Of a stretch of 11,569 nucleotides of DNA, positions 7,558 to 11,569 are shown piece by piece (position 1 is the first letter of the stretch; each line of letters begins with the position of its first letter). Made by a program: the position numbers and the translations under genes. The DNA is from Promethearchaeota archaeon Loki_b31. Its GTDB lineage: Archaea > Asgardarchaeota > Lokiarchaeia > Sigyniarchaeales > SOKP01. Location: assembly GCA_005222975.1 (NCBI GenBank), contig NJBI01000083.1, positions 1-11,569 of the forward strand. The letters run 5' to 3'. The notes below the pieces were generated by a model. That model was not told where the DNA came from and did not search any database. It saw only the letters and a list, made by a program, of their open reading frames with translations.

Positions 7558-8304
7558 TTAGCTTGTCTTTTTGAAAGCTAAAATCCCTCCAAATTGATTA
7601 AAACGATTCACTGCAGGATTTTCTATTGATATTGTCTTTGTTATAATTCCCTTATTATTCGCGATTTGTATAAGACGATGGATTCGATGCTTATTTTTGT
7701 GGTTGTTAATGAAATCTTCAGTTACGATTAAGAAATCTAGCTTTTCTGCTGCGGTTTTGTCTTTTTTACCCCCTTCATAAATGAAAGCTTCAATATCTTC
7801 CAAATTATACAACAGTAATCTGTTAGGATCACCGATGTTGATTATTTTTTCTAGCTGTTTAACTAATAGATTTATTTCGTCAGATGTAGTTTCATGAATA
7901 ATATGTAATGATTTCTCCTGAGAAATTAAAAAATTAGCACTTTCTAATGTATTAGCAGTTCCAACAATCTCACCAAAACTTACTCGATTATATCCCTTAG
8001 AACGAACTAACCACTGGTGATGTTTATTAATATGGTCTAAAAAGATGGTTGAATAATCCTTTTTCTGTGAGCTTGCTAATAAAATGCTTTTTAAACCATC
8101 TCTAATAACAAGTCGAATGATATTTACTAATTCTTCAAGTAAATTATATATTTGCTTATCATCCAAGTATTTCCATTTGCGAATTAATTTGATAGTTTTA
8201 TAAACTCTTAAAGAATGACTATACACTTTCCACATATGAATTTCTTTTTCATCAAAACCAATTAGTAGTGCCACCAAAAATCCACGTTTTAGTTTTTTTT
8301 TCAT
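7558..8304 (-). CDS. Pelota/aRF1-family-like protein with only the middle and C-terminal domains (no N-domain, no GGQ)
   Basis: M-domain pattern VALLIGFDEKEIHMWKV...LLEELVNII...ILLAS. C-domain (L7Ae-like) pattern LLYNLEDIE, LDFLIVTEDFI, RLIQIANNKGIITKTIS and FNQFGGILAF, resembling the Pelota/eRF1 domain-3 C-terminus. Confidence 0.7.
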   Translation of the reverse strand: MKKKLKRGFLVALLIGFDEKEIHMWKVYSHSLRVYKTIKLIRKWKYLDDKQIYNLLEELVNIIRLVIRDGLKSILLASSQKKDYSTIFLDHINKHHQWLVRSKGYNRVSFGEIVGTANTLESANFLISQEKSLHIIHETTSDEINLLVKQLEKIINIGDPNRLLLYNLEDIEAFIYEGGKKDKTAAEKLDFLIVTEDFINNHKNKHRIHRLIQIANNKGIITKTISIENPAVNRFNQFGGILAFKKTS

Positions 8305-8356
8305 TCTTTTTTTTGTCTCATGACTAATTATTTAGTAAGTCTATCGTCATCAGTAT

Positions 8357-8794
8357 CTAATTTATCGATGTTGCTTTTTTTAAAAAATCGTTTAGTCTTT
8401 TTGAATTAAACCAGATCACTTTTTTAGATTTATCTAAAGCTTTAAAATGAGTTTCATTTCCTGACCAAATTGGTGCATTTAAGAAAAGAGCACAGGCAAC
8501 AAAAGGTATGTCATTTTCATGGAAAATTAAACTTCTAGCCTCAACAATCTTTGTTTCATATTGTTTGGGAGAAATTTCAATTATATCAAATTGAGAAAGA
8601 ATAGAATTCACAGTTTCTTCTTGAAAATTTAATTTTTTGGAAAGATTCCTAAGAATTTCATCCCAAAATATAACGGGAGCAAATAATTGAATTTCATCAT
8701 TATCAATAATACAATTAAGAAGTTGTCTTTCGATGCCATTTTTATTATATATGGCTGAATATATTATGTTTGTATCTATAACTAAGTGAATCAT
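8357..8794 (-). CDS. vapC: PIN-domain ribonuclease toxin (VapC-like)
   Basis: LVIDTNII, WDEI, HENDIPFVACAL and IWSGNETHF. Overlaps the upstream small gene by 4 bp (ATGA). Confidence 0.9.
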   Translation of the reverse strand: MIHLVIDTNIIYSAIYNKNGIERQLLNCIIDNDEIQLFAPVIFWDEILRNLSKKLNFQEETVNSILSQFDIIEISPKQYETKIVEARSLIFHENDIPFVACALFLNAPIWSGNETHFKALDKSKKVIWFNSKRLNDFLKKATSIN

Positions 8795-9042
8795 TTCTTA
8801 GATTCTTCCTTTAAGATTTTTGCTCTTATTTCTTCTCCAGATTTTATGATATCTTCTAAAGATAAATTCTTTTCTTTTAATTTTTTTTGAAATTCAATGC
8901 CAAAATCGTCAATCTTCTTTTTCTTTGCTTCTATTATTAGTAATTTTAGTAATTCATCCATAGATTTTGCATTATATGTTGATAGAAGATTCTTTAAATC
9001 TTTTTTGGTCTTATCTTTAATAGAAATTGTAGTATATGTCAT
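8791..9042 (-). CDS. Putative antitoxin (VapB-like, N-terminal ribbon-helix-helix)
   Basis: TTISIKDKTKKDL...SMDELLKLLI RHH-like pattern, 83 aa, translationally coupled to the PIN gene. Confidence 0.8.
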   Translation of the reverse strand: MTYTTISIKDKTKKDLKNLLSTYNAKSMDELLKLLIIEAKKKKIDDFGIEFQKKLKEKNLSLEDIIKSGEEIRAKILKEESKK

Positions 9043-9395
9043 GTTTACTTATATGATCTAATTATTTAATTATTTAATAAAATAATTATTCTATTAATAG
9101 TAAAATCATTATATGTTTTTATATTTTTTTAATTATTTGAAATTAGAATTGATGCATTTTCAAAGATGGAACTAGCTGTAAAAATACAATCGGGTAATTT
9201 TCAATTATAAATGGGTTATATTAAAAGAAAGATAAAGAACACAAGATTTTAAAAGCACCATTGCTATTAACTTAAAACTACAAATTTTCTCAAAAAAAGT
9301 TCTATTAAATTAAAAATTGGTCTACATTATCTTAATTAAAATTAAAAAGTATATTTATCATAAGTTAAAAGGATTAGTTAAATGAAATAAAAAAT

Positions 9396-10100
9396 GTGAG
9401 TAAAACAATGGGAAAACCTACAAATTATCCAGATCCTAATAAAAACCCTTATAGAGTAAATAGAGAGCAAGAACGAGAATCTAGTCAAGCAAGGTTTACA
9501 AAACCCTTAATTGATTTTGAAAATCAACGCGTTTGTCCCGCGTGTGGGAAAGCAATTAAAATTAGTCACAATTTTTGCAAATTCTGTGGAATAGATTTAG
9601 TTGGTATACAACCTCTTGGATATTCAGATAGAACGCTAAAAGATTTAGCTAATACAGCACTAACAGACCCTGATCCTGGTGTTAGGAAAGACGCGGTGGA
9701 TACTTTAGGAGAACTCGGTGATAACGAGGTTCTAGGCGTCTTAGCTTATATTTTACTAAACGATGCGCATGAAATAGTTCGAAAAGAAGCTGCGGATGAA
9801 TTAGGCGATTTGCATCACCCGCACTCTCTTGACGTTTTAGCTAAAGCCTTAAAAGATCGAAACCCTTCCGTGCGGAAAGAAGCAATAGAAGGTTTAAAGA
9901 AAATTAAACAGATGAATAAACCCGAAAAAATCGATAAAAAGGATAAAAACCTTGAACTCAGCTCTAAGGCACAAGATAATGAAGAATCTAACACAACTGA
10001 AAATAACAGGTTGAATGACGAAAAAGAAGGAGAAGAAGAAATAGAAGAAGGTCCGGTTGAAGAAATTGAACCACAAGACGATGATCTTAAAAGTTTATAG
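9396..10100 (+). CDS. Zinc-ribbon plus HEAT (PBS-lyase-like) repeat protein with an acidic disordered tail; start may be ATG 9408
   Basis: CPACG-x8-FCKFCG; three repeats DPDPGVRKDAVDTLG, DAHEIVRKEAADELG and DRNPSVRKEAIEGL; E/D-rich C-terminus. Confidence 0.88.
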   Translation: MSKTMGKPTNYPDPNKNPYRVNREQERESSQARFTKPLIDFENQRVCPACGKAIKISHNFCKFCGIDLVGIQPLGYSDRTLKDLANTALTDPDPGVRKDAVDTLGELGDNEVLGVLAYILLNDAHEIVRKEAADELGDLHHPHSLDVLAKALKDRNPSVRKEAIEGLKKIKQMNKPEKIDKKDKNLELSSKAQDNEESNTTENNRLNDEKEGEEEIEEGPVEEIEPQDDDLKSL

Positions 10101-10165
10101 AGCAAATGACTTGCTCAAAAATAAGGTTTAATCTGTTTTTCTTTAGGTTCAAATTAATATTTTTA
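10100..10165. terminator. Candidate terminator between convergent genes
   Basis: Hairpin GAGCAA-ATGAC-TTGCTC (10100-10116) followed by A- and T-tracts. Confidence 0.35.
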
Positions 10166-10173
10166 TTTACATA

Positions 10174-11097
10174 TTAATCTTTATTACTTGGAATTTTTGG
10201 TAGTTCTCTTCGAGTTGATGCAGGTTTTTCAGCTTTATTTTTTGGAGGCGTGCTTACTTTCTTTAAAACCTCTACAGCTTCAACAATTCCTTTCTTATCG
10301 TCAAAATAAACTCTAAATAAATTATTATCTAATTCCATTACCCCTTTCGGAAGCTTTTTAACCTCCTCCCAAGTGATATCTACAACATTCTTTCCAAATA
10401 CTTCCGTTACTTTAGAAACAGCACCGTATAAGGAATGTCCAAGAATCAGATTTTGGCGTTCGTAATTTTCCGGAACTTCTATACTTAATATTTTATCTTT
10501 AATTTTTTCTTTCTCTTCCTCTAATAATCCAAGAGTTCCTTTTATTTTAGATGGACGAATAAGACGTTCTTTCCCTTTAAATTGCGGAGTTCCAATAGCA
10601 AACGAGGACATCACTACTTTATCAGTTTTATCATCTAAGATAGGCGAATAGTACTCCTCCTCTACGTCTCTTTTGGCAGTTTTACTTGCTTTAGATTGAC
10701 GTTCTGCTTCTAATATTTTATCGCGTTCGATATTTCGGACATAGCGCATATCTGGTAATTTTTCCGTAACCTCCATAGATTCCAATCTAAACGCGTTTAA
10801 AAATTCCCCCAATTCGTCCCCTTGATCTATTGATACAATTTTACATCGATGGTAACGAGAATCTTCCATCAATTCTCGCTGCAATTCTTGAGCTACACGG
10901 GAGCTTATGAACCTTTTCCTAACGGGAGATTTTGCCCCTTTCCAAATATAAATCCTTCTAAGGTCTTCCCGAATAATAATAAACACCTGTTCCGGATTTA
11001 AACGATTTTTAAGCTCCTCTTGTTTAATATCTACTCTATTTCGTTCTCCTGAATTATCAAGCTCATATACTATGAATTCTTCGTAAACATCGGTCAT
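10174..11097 (-). CDS. Gelsolin-domain protein (one N-terminal gelsolin-like domain plus an uncharacterised C-terminal domain; Asgard 1DGelX-like)
   Basis: LNPEQVFII...IYIWKGAKSPVRKRFISSRVAQEL...IVSIDQGDELGEFLNAF matches the gelsolin repeat consensus (L-x3-vfild...iy.W.G..s...QG.E..F). Confidence 0.78.
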   Translation of the reverse strand: MTDVYEEFIVYELDNSGERNRVDIKQEELKNRLNPEQVFIIIREDLRRIYIWKGAKSPVRKRFISSRVAQELQRELMEDSRYHRCKIVSIDQGDELGEFLNAFRLESMEVTEKLPDMRYVRNIERDKILEAERQSKASKTAKRDVEEEYYSPILDDKTDKVVMSSFAIGTPQFKGKERLIRPSKIKGTLGLLEEEKEKIKDKILSIEVPENYERQNLILGHSLYGAVSKVTEVFGKNVVDITWEEVKKLPKGVMELDNNLFRVYFDDKKGIVEAVEVLKKVSTPPKNKAEKPASTRRELPKIPSNKD

Positions 11098-11347
11098 ATT
11101 GTATTCTCAACTTCACATTTGCATTTAGTTTTTAGAATTAATATTTATTTAACGAAATAATCTTTCAACCAAAATATAAAATTTCTTCAATAAAAATTTA
11201 TTTAAAAACAACAATAGGATTCATAAAAGATAAAAGAATTATTAAAAAAAAGTATCTTTGCGTTTTTAACAACCTAAAAAAATTTGGATTTGGAAATATT
11301 CTTATAATTTCCTTCACCCAATTCTTATGAGTGTATCACCATCTTGA

Positions 11348-11569
11348 TTATTGTCGATCGTGTAAGACGTTGTCTATTGAAAGAACAAATCCCAAGAGTA
11401 TCCTTCGGTCTGTTTTGTTATCTAAGATTTTTAAAGCGTAAGTATCTTTAAAATCAAACATACCACCTAAAAAGATGTCTCTCCATTTATCAGCTTTTTC
11501 AATTTCGGCGACAACATTTCCCGTTGTTACATCGTAAACTTTGAAACTAAATCCCATAAATTTTCCTTG
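11348..11569 (-). CDS. LURP-one-related/scramblase (Tubby C-terminal-like, YxjI-type) protein, 5'-truncated by the window edge
   Basis: The frame is open to base 11569 (QGKFMGFSF...). Pattern F.V.D..G.VVAEI.K...W...DTY.L.I...D..ILL..VL.ID. Confidence 0.7.
   Translation of the reverse strand, partial: QGKFMGFSFKVYDVTTGNVVAEIEKADKWRDIFLGGMFDFKDTYALKILDNKTDRRILLGFVLSIDNVLHDRQ

Noticed and set aside
9043-9395. Long AT-rich intergenic region as a CRISPR leader, origin or source of small ORFs
   Set aside because: No repeat-spacer array or ORB-like G-string motif is visible. The short palindromes and ORFs of 14 codons or fewer are expected at this AT content; a divergent promoter region explains it.
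9815-10105. Two antisense ORFs (9815-10105 and 9894-10076)
   Set aside because: Ser/Phe-rich mirror of the Glu/Lys-rich tail of the HEAT protein.
912-11312. 15-nt exact inverted match GGAAATTATAAGAAT (912-926 and 11298-11312) as mobile-element ends
   Set aside because: A rough estimate suggests about one such match by chance in AT-rich DNA of this length. There is no transposase, integrase or target-site duplication, and the enclosed genes look chromosomal.

Overview
AT-rich archaeal DNA, most likely from an Asgard archaeon (Lokiarchaeia-like). This is inferred from a gelsolin-domain protein, an HdrA-MvhD fusion, archaeal-type toxin-antitoxin pairs and TATA/GGTGA signals. Gene order: HEPN-MNT pair; HdrA-MvhD fusion with no hdrBC or mvhAG in the window; DUF711 (UPF0210) gene frameshifted by a 152-bp tandem duplication (probably an assembly artefact); Cys-rich hypothetical; two tandem paralogous ArsR-like wHTH genes divergent from a bacterial-type class I fructose-bisphosphate aldolase (fbaB); a minus-strand run of antitoxin, PIN toxin, a Pelota/aRF1-like protein lacking its N-domain, and a structured 3' element overlapping a 28-codon ORF; a zinc-ribbon/HEAT-repeat protein; a single-domain gelsolin with an uncharacterised C-terminal domain; and the 3' end of a LURP-one/scramblase-like gene. 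No rRNA, tRNA, CRISPR array or transposase was seen. The best candidate for an undescribed system is the VapBC plus 'headless Pelota' unit. All family assignments come from motif recognition by eye, not from database searches.
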